NCBI RefSeq assembly: GCF_009834535.1
Contig: NC_045707.1
Span: forward strand, 60,576,001 to 60,640,000
Length of the DNA stretch: 64,000 nucleotides
Source: Camelus ferus
Taxonomy: Eukaryota
Direction of reading: 5' to 3'
In this document: positions 50,925-63,660 of the stretch, one piece after another
Layout: every line of letters starts with the position of its first letter
How positions within the stretch are numbered: the stretch's first letter is position 1
Made by a program: the position numbers and the translations under genes
The notes under the pieces: model-generated
Seen by the model: only the letters and a program-made list of their open reading frames with translations
What the model was told of the DNA's origin: nothing
Databases searched by the model: none

Positions 50925-51780
50925 AAATAGGATACTAGGAACTCTGAGTCTGGAAAAGAGAAAGCTTGGGGAAACAGAGCTGTTTTCTAATATTTGAAGA
51001 CTTGACTCATAAACAAGGAATTTAGATCAGAGTTTCTGTAACATTTTATGCCCTTTGGTGGTCCCGTGAAGCTTATGGATGCTTTCTTAGAATAATGTTT
51101 TTAAATGCACAAACTATAACACATAGGATTACCAGGAAACCAATTTATTCAACTATAGCTACCAAAATATTTTTAAAACAAATTTGTGATACAGCAACAT
51201 ATATGATTTTTTCATCAGCACAATAAAGAATAAGAAGTAGCAACAGGCCTAATAATCTCTAAAACTGCAAAATTATGCTGTCAACGGTATTTCAAGGTTT
51301 CTGGAACAACTGGAATGTGATATGAAAATATGTGTGATTTCTCTTGTTGACAAAGTCATAGGGAATTGTTAAGAACTGCTGAGGTTTGCTGCCTCCATTC
51401 ATAACTGAAGGAAATCTAACTTTAGTTACAGATAAATAAAAATAAAGATGTCATTTTTTTTTTCTCACTGAAGTTCACAGACCCCTGAAATCTATGCATA
51501 GACACCCTTGTCCATGCCTTCCCCTCACCCACCCATGTAAGGATTGTAAAGACCCAATACTAGACTCATTCTGTGCCATTCAAGACAGGAGAACAGGCTC
51601 AGCAGGTTCATGAAATCTAGAAAGACAGATTTCAGTTCAGCACAATGAAGAATCTCCTAACTATTAAAAGTCCTCAAAAATAATGGCCACTTTGTGAAGG
51701 AATGAGTTTTTCATCACTAGAAACTATTCAAAAGAGACTGAAACAATTAAGTTAGGATTTCTGTATTGGAAATGCAACTG
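50925..51780 (+). mobile_element. L3/CR1 LINE 3' fragment split by MER119
   Basis: agtctggaaaagagaaagctt...ctaatatttgaag, resumes agacagatttcagttcagcacaatgaagaat...catcactagaaactattcaa. Confidence 0.7.
51028..51558 (+). mobile_element. MER119-like hAT-Charlie DNA transposon
   Basis: gtgaagcttatggatgctttcttagaataatgtttttaaatgcac...cataggattacc...aagttcacagacccctgaaatctat. Confidence 0.8.
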
Positions 51781-52019
51781 GGACCTTATTTACACAAAAT
51801 ACATTGTGTACAATGTTTTCTAGAGATGGGCATTGCAGTAGGCCTGCTAACGTTTGCCAGGCATGGTGCAAAGTGTTTTATGTTCATCAACACTTTCAGT
51901 TCTAGCAGAGTACTGGGAGGGAGGCATTATCCCTTGAATATTAGCTCAGTTATTTAAAAATATCTCAACTGGGCCAAACATTCCTGAGGTGGAATTCAAA
52001 TCAAGGTCTTTCAGGCCCC

Positions 52020-52340
52020 AAGGTAGTTTCCATCTATAAAATGGAGTTAATAACACCTGCTTAGAGGGTTGCTATGAAGACTTCAGAAATAATATATGCC
52101 AAGTGCATATGTTAGATTATCAAGGATAATACTATTCTAAGTACTTTACATGTATTAATTCATTTCATCTTCACAGCAACTCTAAGAGGTAAATGATTTT
52201 ATCAACCCCACTTTACAGATGAGAAAACAGAGGCACTAAGATGTTGAATAGCTTGACAAAAGCTCTACAACCAGTAACTGGATTTAAACCTGGGCAGTCC
52301 AACTCCTGAGTCTGTGCTGGAAACCACTGGTTACACTGCA
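52020..52340. mobile_element. Two tail-to-tail MIR fragments
   Basis: agtttccatctataaaatggag (+) and tttacagatgagaaaacagaggcac (-). Confidence 0.75.
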
Positions 52341-52543
52341 CCCCAACATGGTACTTGCAATTAATTTTATGCATATTTAAGATTTCTCTCCCCAATCAGG
52401 CAGCTACTGTGAAATCGAGTCTCCCTAAAACTGAGTTTCTCTGCCAAGTTTATGATTAACCTCTCTGGCCAAAACTTTATTCCCTTTCCTGTCCTACACC
52501 TGTATCCCCCTCAAGACTGAAGAGTATCAAAGAAAGGAGGGAT

Positions 52544-53095
52544 TGAAACCCAGCAGGACCCTGTGGGAACTTCCTTGGTACAAAAACCCCTCTGTATCCT
52601 CTGTCTCTTGTTTGTAGGGAAAAAAAGAAAAAAGGCTTTAGTTTCCTAGGTCTTCCCCAAGTTTCAAAGAGCAGACTCAAGCAGTCAGTGATCAGGACAA
52701 GAGTCACAGGGCTCCCAGTTCCTCCTGAAGGGATATAGATAACAATCTGCTGCATATCTTTGAATTGCTCTACAGAAACAAAGATCCCCTCCTGCCCCCA
52801 GCCACACACACAACCTGGCAGGAGATGGTGACTATATGCTGACTGCAAGCACGCAGACCCCAGACTGAAACCAGAAGGTTGAGATTCTTGAAACATCATC
52901 CTATTATCTCACCACCAACCAAGAAGAAGGACTGCGAGCTGATCACGCATCCTACGTCCCTCTCCCATAACACTGTCTTTAAAACCCTTGCCTGAAAGCC
53001 CCTGGGGTGTTTGGGTCTTTTGAGCATGAGTCACCTGTACTCCTTGCTGGCACCTGCAAAAAGTGCCGACCTTTATTCACCACAACCCAGTGGTA
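52544..53095 (+). mobile_element. MER41-like ERV1 LTR preceded by a polypurine tract
   Basis: aaagaaaggaggga then tgaaacccagcaggaccctg; cagttcctcctgaagggatatagataacaatctg; ctttaaaa TATA-like motif; 3' end appears truncated. Confidence 0.75.
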
Positions 53096-53986
53096 AAAAA
53101 TGGAACTGCCTTAGTAAAACTAGGATTGTCTGGGGTATACAAATTCAAACTAGGCCTGCAATTTTGTTCATCACTGCATAACCCATAAATGTTCTATGTT
53201 GAAGATTTCTGACTGTCATCCTAATCTATGTTTACTCCACATGCTCGTATCAAAGTAGGGAAGAGAGAGAGAGTTTCTCACTTCTTGATTCTTATTCCTT
53301 CATTCTATCAGGGCTGTTAGATGAGTCACAAACAAATGACCCAGAGCCAAAGCAAAAACCAGTGGGCAGGACTCCTCCTATCTGACTCTGCCTTTAAGGG
53401 AGATCAGCAACAAATGTGTCAGCTTTATCTGAGTCCCTCTGCCAAACAAGAATCATTACAAAGGACCTTACCATTGCATTGGTAGATTTCTCTCCTGTTG
53501 CCCTCTTGCCATATATTCCTTGTTCTTTCACCTCCATCTGAGGGGCACAGCAAGGAGGACTAGAAAAGAATGCAAAAATGTAAAAATTTCCAAATAATAA
53601 AATGAAAGAATAAGACTTTTTAGGATCCATCCCTGTCAGTTTGACTCAGACGGAACCAATTTGTTCTGCCTCTGTTTCCTGGTTCTCTTAATCATTCATA
53701 TTATTATATTGTTAATCTCTGAGGACTTTTTCTTCATGGGTGGTCACTGACAATGTACTCCGGGGAAAAAACAAGATCCACCCACTCTCAGGGAAGCTTC
53801 GTAAACTGCCGTTTGGTGTCTTGCTAAGCTAGGTCCTGCAGTGGACCCCAGGATGGTGATTCACAAGCTGAGATTTATGACTTGCTATGCTCAAAAAGAC
53901 AAGCAAAAAATATTTATTTCCGTCCTTTCTCTCAGGAAGTCATCTGAGTCACTCACATGTCTCTCTTGGTATTTAAAAGATTATAG

Positions 53987-54420
53987 TTTTCTATGTCTAT
54001 GAGTCTGTTTCTGTTTTGTAAATAGATTCATTTGCATTATTTTTTAGATTCCATGTAAAAGTGATATCACATAGTGTTTGTCTTTCTTTGTCTGATTTAC
54101 TTCACTCACTACGATATTCTCTAGTACCATCCATGTTGCTGCAAATGGCAATATTTCATTCTTTTTTATAGCTGAGTAATCACGTATGGGGAGTGGGGGA
54201 AGGACATATTAGGAGTGTGGGATTGACAGATACACACTACTATAAATAAAACAGATAAGCAACAAAGATTTACTCTATAGCACAAGAAATAACACTCAAT
54301 ATCTTATAATAAACTATAATGGAAAATAATCTGAAATAAAACATATATGTAACTGAATCAGTTTACTATACACCTGAAACTAACACAATATTGGGAATCA
54401 ACTCTATCTCAATAAAAAGA
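53987..54420 (+). mobile_element. Artiodactyl-type L1 3' end with 5' inversion
   Basis: 53987-54180 is antisense ORF2 end/3' UTR; 54187-54420 is sense 3' UTR ending ctcaataaaaa; flanking repeat aaaaga..tatagtttt. Confidence 0.9.
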
Positions 54421-55852
54421 GGCTATAGTTTTGAGTAATCATATAGCAATCTTCACAAATAGGTATAGACTGATAGACAAAAGTTAGATTTGGCTGAGAT
54501 AATTGCTCCACTTACTAAGCCCGCTACTTGCAGTATGTTAATCAGTCACATACATTCTCTCATTTGATATTTATAAGATGCTATGAGATATTAATATTTA
54601 TGGCCCCCATTTTATATGAATGAACAAAATAAGCAAAGTGATTGTGCAATTTACCAAACAGCTTGCCACAGTAAGTGGTGGAACTGGAATTCAACTTATG
54701 TCTGTCAGAGTCCAGAGCTCAAGTTCTTAACCCTCTGTTTTCAATCATCAGGGAACTTTCGCAATAACTCAAGGCAGGCCACTGGCAAGCGCTGCTGAAA
54801 TACTTGGTTTACAGCTATGCACTGAAGCCCTCTATCCACCTATAAAAAAATGTACCCCAAGCTACTTTTCCTCATACCCTCTGTGTCTTAAAATCCTTTC
54901 AGAAAATGCTGTTAATATTTACTGAGCACCCTCCATGTGCTGGTTAGTGTCAAGGAGAGTTATTTTTAGCAAGAAGAAAAGTCTTTCCTAGAGGTCATTT
55001 TCATAAATGCAGCAGACTGGCTGAGTCTGGCTGAAGTCACTGGGGTGAGGATCTGAATGGGGGCTCTGTCCCGGTGACACCGAAGGCACACCCTATAGTA
55101 CACATCTCCAGGGTCTCCTAAAAGGAGGGAGACCATGAGGCCAAGTAAGCACTGGGGGAAGAATTTGGATTCCAATAACCAGATTCAGATTGCTCACTAT
55201 TTTTGAAAAGGGTATTCAATCACCGGTGGACAATATTCTCCTTAAGGACTTTTCTTCTAGAAAAATATTTTTAGTGCTTCCAGCTGTTTCTTGACCTTCT
55301 GGTCAGCTCTTCACAATCAAAAATAACCATTTAGGGGACTGCCAGAAGTTGCTCAGGTAATTTTTGTTAGTTCAAGTCCCTTTTGCTTAAGCTGCCTGTG
55401 GCTGCTTTGCCAAAGGATTGTTTCATTAATAAACACTGGGTTTTACCTATTAACCTATTAGCAGTCAGAAGTCCAGAAATTATATAGGGCACTTGGCAGT
55501 GATTACTGTAGTAAGAAGCATTTTATGGGAATTTATTCTCTTTTTTAAAAAGAAATATAAACACTGAAATCTGCTAAAATAAAAAGAGGAAATCTTAGAT
55601 TGGCCGAATTGGAGGATTTTCATGTTTTTATATTTCACGCCGTCATTTTGACTTCAGTTTGCAAATCCTTAGAAGTCTTTAGATAGAAACAATTAAGAAG
55701 AAAACCTTTTCAGTGAGCCAGAGAAGCATTTTAGTATTTGTACTAGTTTATTTTTAATTTCTTGCTTATAAAAACTATGAAAGATTTTTTAAAAATAAGA
55801 CATACTAATGGCTGATAAACACCAAAAAAGTGTTCTATCTAATTTGTGCAAA

Positions 55853-55952
55853 NNNNNNNNNNNNNNNNNNNNNNNNNNNNNNNNNNNNNNNNNNNNNNNN
55901 NNNNNNNNNNNNNNNNNNNNNNNNNNNNNNNNNNNNNNNNNNNNNNNNNNNN
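55853..55952. other. Assembly gap (100 N)
   Basis: Run of exactly 100 n, the usual placeholder for a gap of unknown size. Confidence 0.99.
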
Positions 55953-57014
55953 TGGACCACAGAAAAGCTACCGATTACTGTTAGATTTCTCTAGAGAGAA
56001 ACTCTACAGAGAATTAAAATACTTACTGCATTTTTCATTTCCCCCTTTACATTTATATTGCAAAGAGACCATATAAAGCAGTCTAGCTATAACCACAGTC
56101 TTCTAATATTCGTAAGTGCTGTAAAATTAGCTCCCCCTTGAGTATAGCCACTTACAATAATGCTGACTTCTTTGAACAGCATTACCATTTCACAGTAATT
56201 CATGCTTGAAACTCTAGTCATTAAAAAAAATTTTTTTTTCAACTGAAATAGAGTCATTTTTGACAACCACTTCTCCCTCACCACCACATTCTGATCTTAC
56301 TTCCTCATTGTTCTCAAAATCTGTCTCCATTCATCTCCACTTCTTGGGTCACCACCCTAGTTCAGGCCTCCAGTTTCGTTTTCTTGCCTCAGGTCTCTTT
56401 TCTCCACCAAATTCTTTTCATCTATAGTTGCCCAAAAAATGTTAAGCAAATAATGCTTTGATTTTAAGCCTGTTTCACCCCATCACCTCTGCCTCTGCTG
56501 AAACATCTCTGATAGCTCCCCACTGCTTATCAAATGAACCCTAGGCATTCAACACCTCCACGAGACGACCCTATACTGCCTTTCTGGCCTTGTCTTTAAT
56601 TACTCTGCTATCTGCATCCTCCTTGCTTTTCCTTAAGCAAGGAGAAATGCTTTCTTACCTCCATAAATCTACTATTATTTCTTATATTTTGAAAAACTAC
56701 ACTTTCATTTCACCTGTTCAAATCATGTCACCCTGTAAGGCCAAAAGCAAATGCCATCTCTCTAACAAAGGAAAGAGTAGATCTGCAGAACATTCTTTTT
56801 AAAAGTAATAAACTTATTTAATTCAATAATAAATTAATCAATAAATACATAAATGAAATAAAATTCTACCCTGAAGAGCTACGTTGGTTCCTGGGAACAA
56901 GATCAAGAATTAAAATGGAATCATTACAAGATTATGTGGGGTTTGATTAGGTAGATAAAAATAGAGGCAAGAAATATTTACTTTCGCAAAAAGAATGGAG
57001 GGTAAGAAATGGGG

Positions 57015-57443
57015 AACATTTACAATGCTCCTTCCATTTCCAATTACATATGTGTATGAGGCTGGATTTTCTTCATTTATTTCAACCAAAACAACATATC
57101 AGAACAGACTGAATATACAAGTAGATATAAGCATTGAACTGTCCTCTATTAAACCAGATATTAAAGAGATTTCCAAAAATGTAAAACCAATGTCAGTCTT
57201 CTCACTAAATGATTTTGGAAAATACAGTTAATTTTCATGAAATACAGATTATTTATGTTAAACTATAATGGGCTTATTATTGTAATTTTTAAAGGAATCA
57301 ATAAACTTAAAAATTACTAGTTTTAATTTATAATATGGTAAATATCAACAGATATAATCCACATAAACAAAAGCTCTTTGGAATTCTCCAAACTTTTTAA
57401 AAAGTATAAATGGGTCTTGAGACCAAATGCTTAAGAACTGCTG
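57015..57443 (+). mobile_element. Charlie1-like hAT transposon 3' end with transposase C-terminal relic
   Basis: ORF 56995-57231 LLPFPITYVYEAGFSSFISTKTTYQNRLN...LSSIKPDIKEI resembles the hAT dimerisation domain; terminus ttaagaactgctg. Confidence 0.9.
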
Positions 57444-58169
57444 TCCTCTACAGCCCCACCCCAGGCAACATTCTTAGGTCTACTGGGAAATAGAAGTGAG
57501 GGAATGGTATCTCCCCTGTGTAAGTGGCTATGTTTCCTCAGTCCAGAAATTGTTCAAATCAATTTTGAGTCGAAATAACAGAGAATCTGAGAGTCAGATG
57601 AAGATAGGATTACCTGCATCCCTTGGTCTACTAATGTCTGATCTAAACTTTAGCTTTATTTGGTCAGAGTTCTGATGCTCCCACCCCAAGGTAGCTTCTA
57701 GAAGACAGACTAGAGCATGGGTTTAATAGCACCAGAATCCCCAGACTACTTGCAATGTGCGGATTTGAGTGCTGAGGTCCTAGATTTGTTCTTCTGAGCA
57801 ATAGTCTTTTTAGGTAATAAAACTAAATTATCTTCATTATAGTTAGGAGATCTGGTGGTCTAAATTCATACTCTGCATCATTCACCAGAATGGGACTGGA
57901 GAGTGTAGGCTGCAAGAAACTAGAGTGCTTATTTTGATTTAGAAGAGGAGAGACTGGTGAAATATGGGATACAGAAAATGGAGAGGAGCTGCAGTTTTAT
58001 GATCTTGGTGATGGGGAGGGGGCCCAAGAAGAGATCAGATAAGGCTTAGAGGATTTTAGGAACATTTCCAATTGTCCCAGATCTAGTCTCCTGTCTGGAA
58101 GAGTTTCCCCGACATAAATTGGGGTGATTTGGAAGGTTGCCAGTTTTGAGTGGACTCAGAAAAAGAGAT

Positions 58170-59426
58170 AGTTCTTGGATACAATTACTTTTCATCTATG
58201 GACCTGTGAAACTAAAGAAATTAGTTACCTGCTTCTAACATACTTAACATTCAATGGTGGGACAGATGTAGTATAACTGCTATAGACATTCCAGTTCAAA
58301 AATGGGGAAAATGGAAAGTAGAAAAGAATCCCTAGGCCATAATTGTTTTGAAATACTACTAAGTGAATGTTGAGAGTTCCTTGATTAGATTCTTTGGCTT
58401 GAAGATAAGCCTCCATGGCTCTTCGTTCTGTCCTCTGGGTTCTTGGGTCAGCCCTCTGAGTCATCCTTTTCCACGCAACATAGCATGTGTTCACAAATAA
58501 GTATGAGTAGGTTTATCAGCTTACTTTCCTGCCAGTAAAGTTTAGGGGATCTGATAGCTTCCTTTTGTTTTTTCCTCTCCCTGTCCTCATTCCAAGCTGG
58601 TAGTGTTTCTGCTGAAATACATTTCTCAAGAACTTTGTGGGTCTCTATGTATTTCAATGGGGTTCACTCCTTTAGATAGAAACAACACAATCCACAGATT
58701 GTTTCAAAATACTTCTCTATCTTTGGCTCTGGCTGAGAGTCTAAGACTGAGAGATACAACTTTTAAACTTCTTAAAGGTCCAGTGATTTGACTGAGAGGA
58801 TCTGAGGCACATCCTTTGTCTCTTGAAATGGCCCTTTGTGTGACTAAACACCCTGACCTTTTGATCTCTTTGAGGTTTTAACAAAAGATTGTTAAGTTAC
58901 TCCCTGGGCATATTTCTCTAGAGCAGGCTTTCCTGACAATGTTCATAAGCCATCTCCTAGCATTAATATTTTTTACCATGTGGGGTAAAAAACAGTTTAA
59001 CAGTTTTCCTCTTAAACTATTTCTCTCTCTCTCTCTTTTTTTTTCATTTTGCTCTGTGTATTAAGAATAAACCAGGGTCAACCTTCACCACTTTGCTTGT
59101 AAATCAGCTTAACTATATAATGAAGTTCATCACTTACAAGTTTTGCTTTCAACATAACTGTAGGAGATAATTTCACTAAATTTTTGTTACTGCATAACAA
59201 GGATTCTCCTTCTTCTAGCTTCCAATAACATGTTCCTCCCTTCCTTCTGAGCCCTTCATAGCAATGTCCTCAGTATCCATATTTCTACTGATAGTCATGG
59301 TGATTAAATTTCTCTATGATGCTCTTCAATATTCTTCCAGCCTCCACCCATCACTCAGTTCCAAAACCACAGACACATTTTTAGGTATTCGTTACAACAA
59401 TACCCCATTCCTAGGTAGCAAAAATC
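58170..59426 (-). mobile_element. MLT1 internal region (ERVL-MaLR)
   Basis: Reverse complement starts gatttttgctacctaggaatggggtattgttgtaacgaatacctaaaaatgtg...ttggaactgagtgatgggtggaggctggaagaa. Confidence 0.85.
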
Positions 59427-60031
59427 TGTATTAGTTTTCTATTTCTGTGTAACAAAGTCCATAAATTTATCAGCTTAAAACAATACATACTTTTTATCTC
59501 TGTTTCTGTGGGTCAAGAGTTCAGGCACAGTTTAGTTGGAGTCCCATTGAGTGTGTTTACTGGGTTGTGTTCCCATCTGCAAACTCTGCTTCCAAACTCT
59601 GAGCTTGCTGGCAGAATTCATTTCTTTGCAGTTGCAGGACTAAGAGATTCAGAAGTTTTTTGCTGACTATCAGCCAGAGGCTGTCTTCCACTTCTAGAGG
59701 CCATCTGAGGTCCTTGTCACATGGTTCTCTCCATAGGCAGTTTACAACATAGTAGCTTGCTTCTTGAAAGACAGCAGCAAAGTGAGAAAGCGCAATTCTG
59801 CTAGCAAGATGGATTCTTACATAGTGTAACATAATGATGGGAGTGATGGATCCCACAGCAACTACCATATAATGTAATGTAATTATGGGAGTATCATCCT
59901 ACCACTCTTGCCATATTCTCTTGGAAGCAATTCACAGATTCCACCTACATTTAGGATCAGGAGCTTAAAAAAGGGAATTAATACTACAAGGCAGGGATCA
60001 CTGGTAGTTACCTTAGGGTCTATCTGCCACA
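59427..60031 (-). mobile_element. MLT1E/F-like LTR (5' LTR of the adjacent internal region)
   Basis: tgtattagttttctatt...cagcttaaaacaa...tttctgtgggtcaagagttcaggcacag...tctgccaca. Confidence 0.9.
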
Positions 60032-60318
60032 GTGAACAATGGGGGATGGGAACTAGTGGATAAATGCTCTTTTCTTATTCAGACAGGTAATTCTAGATGA
60101 ATTCTGCACAATTTTTCAAAGATCTAGAAAAATGAACCCTTGTTGCTTACAGCAATGTCTAGATTGATAATGTTGTCTTGAATTAGCTTTCCTTCCTTTC
60201 ATGCTTTAGTTTCCCAGTTCTTCACTCTTATTCACTGGGATCTCTTTCCACCATCAACTACCTGTACATAAGTTATTGTCTTAGACTCTAATTTCTGGGA
60301 GGAAGCCAGGCTAAGACA
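60032..60318 (+). mobile_element. LTR16-like ERVL LTR 3' half
   Basis: Ends aactacctgtacataagttattgtcttagactct...ccaggctaagaca. Confidence 0.7.
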
Positions 60319-61109
60319 GAAGGAGTGAATAAACCTGTATAGACGGTACATTACAAAATTAGTAGACAGTAAGTAGATTCTCCTTCCCACAGAAGAATTA
60401 TGATCCTCCCCCACCTCCCATAAAATTTCTCTGAACTATCTTTAATGAAGCAATGCTAAGATTTCATGAAAGAAAGCAAAGGAAGCAAAGGAAAGTTTTC
60501 CAAGATACAGCATCTAAACTCTGTCTGCCACAAAGCCAGAACTTACCCTGGATGCTAGATTGGGCTAGGCTGGCAAGCGGAGCTTAATTATTTTCTCTTG
60601 TAGAGAGAGAGCTCTATCAAGTATGAACTTGGCAAAGCTTAACAGCTCAAAAGAATGACAGAAGTATTTGAATATAGAGAAGAAAACTATTAAAGAATAT
60701 TTATCACCCCAAAAAAGCACTAGTATTCTTTATTTATTTCTGTTTTCATGGTGCCTATCATCTGAGCGGTGACTATCATTCACTCTACTTTCGCCAAGCT
60801 ATTTGTCAAATCAATGATTGTCAGATCATATGCTTGGGGAGAGTATGGACAGAACTACAAAGATAGGGAAACATGAACTTGAGGAAAGTTGTGAGGAAGA
60901 AAAACCAGGGAGGCACTTATGAAAAGGATCTGAGTCAGAGTCATATGGACACCACGTCTAGCACAGGGAATGACTGTAATTTTCACATAAAACTTTGAAA
61001 ATGGTTGCCTTAAGATTACTGGCTCCATAGTCAGAGTTCTTGTTTCCTTTTATTAAAAGGTGGGTTGGTACTCTTTGAAATGTCTAAAGATAAGTGACTA
61101 CCATTGGTT

Positions 61110-61340
61110 GAATGTATTTTATGAACAGACCAAGCACTGAGCTAATTGCATGCAACTTCACATCTTTTTGAGGATAGATGCTATTATTAGCCTGTTCCCT
61201 AAGTATGGGGAAACTCTTAACCTCAGCTAGGATGTTGAGTAATTTTCCCAAGGTCACAACAGCTCGTGAATAACAAAGCCAAGACCCAAGATCATGTCTA
61301 CTTACACTAAAGTTAAGGCCTTTAACCACTGCATCACCTG
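61110..61340 (-). mobile_element. MIR SINE
   Basis: gttgagtaattttcccaaggtcacaacagct...tttaaccactgca. Confidence 0.7.
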
Positions 61341-61464
61341 TTGCCTCAGGTATCAACACAGGAAATCTCAATTTAAAAAATATTGTAAAAGAATTTAAGT
61401 TTTTCCATATCTCATTTTAGTCACGTAAACTAGTGAGCTTAAAATTTTCAATCTTCTCTGAAAA

Positions 61465-61695
61465 ATGTAAACTAATCTATAGTGACAAAATCACATTAGT
61501 GGTTACTTGAGGATAGGAGAGGCCTGGGAGGGGCGGGAGGAGGAAGAAAGAAATACAAAGTGGCACGAAAAAACTTTGGGAGTGATAAATATGTTTACTA
61601 TCTTGTTTTAGTTTCATGGTTGTATACATACATCAAACTTATCAAATTATACTTTAAATAAGTACACTTCATTGCACGTCAATTATACTTCAAAT
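61465..61695 (+). mobile_element. L1ME-like 3' end
   Basis: aaactaatctatagtgacaaaatc...tgtatacatacatcaaacttatcaaattatactttaaata...gtcaattatacttcaa. Confidence 0.75.
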
Positions 61696-62056
61696 TGCAG
61701 ATGAGGAAGTAGGTATTAAGAAGTTAAACTGTCTTGTCCAAGATTAGAGAGGTGGTAGCAGAGACAGAATAAAAATGCAGTTTTTAAGATTCTTGAACAA
61801 GCACTTTTTTCCCCTCTCAATTTGATGTTATTCCCACCTGGTTTCAAAAAGGATTTGAAGAGACATAATATATGACATGTAAGAAAGAAGAGAATCACAT
61901 TTAGGAAGAACTCTGGGTTAACTTACTTATCTCAGTTGAGCCCTGGAAATCCACTGTGAATTCATTTGATGGAAAAGTTCAATGCATCCCTTTAGAAGTT
62001 TGTAATCATATGCAATTTACTGAGAAATCTATATTTTTAGGAAATCTATAATTGTG

Positions 62057-62075
62057 TGACCAGCAGGGGGCAACT
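62057..62075 (+). promoter_or_regulatory. Candidate CTCF site
   Basis: tgaccagcagggggcaact matches core CCASYAGRKGGCR without mismatch and lies in non-repeat sequence. Binding is not shown. Confidence 0.5.
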
Positions 62076-62479
62076 AAATACTTCAGAAACAGCATCTTAC
62101 ACAGGAGGCCAAATTAAAATTGGAGACTGTTAGCATTATCAGTTGTGAAGGAGAACTGAATTCCTTCTAAAATGATAATTAACACCTAGACACACATTCT
62201 CACAACACTGAGTTTGTGAAGATAATTAGAACACTCCCCTGAGTAGACAGACTATAAAACCACATTCTAAGGCCTATATGTGGCAGAGTGTTTTGGCTGT
62301 TTTTTCAGTTTATAAGATTCTTTGCCAAAAACTATGTATTTTATAATTAAGTTTTTAAAAACTTCTTGTATTATAGAAAATATAATAAACATTGACTTAT
62401 TTTTGTAGATTATTCTAGCCTAGGATTCTGCTATTTTACTTGACATTCTAAAATATAAATAGAGTTTGCATAGGATTTT

Positions 62480-62816
62480 GTTGTGTGTGTGTGTGTATAC
62501 ATAGAGAGAGAGAGAGAGAGAGAGATTCATTAATGGGTACAGATTTGTTTATATTAAACAAATGGCTCATGTGACTGTGAAGACTCAGAGAAGAGTTGCA
62601 GTCTGCTGGCAGAATTCCTTCTTGCTGGAGGAGGTCAGTCTTTGTTCTGTTAAGGCCCTCAGCTGATTGGATGAGGCCCTCCCACATCCCCAAAATCTAC
62701 CAATTTAAACGTTAATCTCATCCAAAAACACCTGCACAGAAACATCAAAGTAAACTTTGACAAAATAGCTGGGCACTATAGCCCAGCCAAATTTACATAT
62801 AAAATTAACCATCACA
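62480..62816 (-). mobile_element. MLT2 (ERVL) LTR with (TG)n(AG)n microsatellite
   Basis: cagctgattggatgaggccc...ttaatctcatccaaaaacacc...ataaaattaaccatcaca. Confidence 0.9.
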
Positions 62817-63019
62817 GTTGTCCCATTTGTTTATATCAATCTCAAAGTTGGAATAGATCTAAATGGTCAAATAATCTAACACTCCTCCAGATGGAAATGC
62901 AGTGCCTGACACAAAGAGAGCATTTAGTAAATGCATTGTGATTTGAATTGAGCTGAATTAAATATCCTTAATGATGGCTAGGTTCTGCCAGGCTTCCAGC
63001 GTGATGTTACGAAATACAG

Positions 63020-63660
63020 GATTTAGGTATAAACTCGAGTCAGATTATCCTGGTTCACATAAATGGCACCTCTGCTTACTTCTGTGTAAACTTGAATGAG
63101 TTACTTAACCTTGCTAAGCCTCCATTTCCTCACCTACACAAAGGGAACAATAATAATAGCCATTAATGGTATGTAATGCTAGTAGTAATCGATATTCAGT
63201 TCTCTTTCCCTTCTGGGTACTCTGTGGATTGACTATGTCTCAGCAACCCTGCAACCAGATGGGGCTTTGTGACTCAGTCTGGCCAATTAAATATTATGGA
63301 ATTGACCTGTGTCAATTTTAGAATGAGGTCATGGAAGGTCCATAGGAAACTCTCCAGTCTTTCTTTTCCTACTGGGACAATCATGAAAGAAGACTCATGT
63401 TAAGATGGTGACACTACAAGGTTGAAAGAGCCCGGATTATCATGGCTTTACGTGGAGGACAGTTGTCTGCAACCAGAGCCAACTTTTTGGAAAAAGAAAT
63501 AAATCTGTTCAGTTGGACCACTGACTTTTTTTTCCAACTGCAGGATAATTTAGACTATTCTAGTTTATCTCTCTCATAGATTTGTTTTGATGATTCAATC
63601 AGATATTGTATAGGAATTGCTTGTTTGATAAGTAATAAGCACTCAAATGTTATATTTATT
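63020..63660 (+). mobile_element. MIR interrupted by an old MLT1-type LTR (about 63170-63565)
   Basis: tgagttacttaaccttgctaagcctccatttcctcacc, then tttgtgactcagtctggccaat...aagaaataaatct, then tgttttgatgattcaatcagat. Confidence 0.65.

Noticed and set aside
55846..56076. ORF spanning the N run
   Set aside because: Artefact of the assembly gap.
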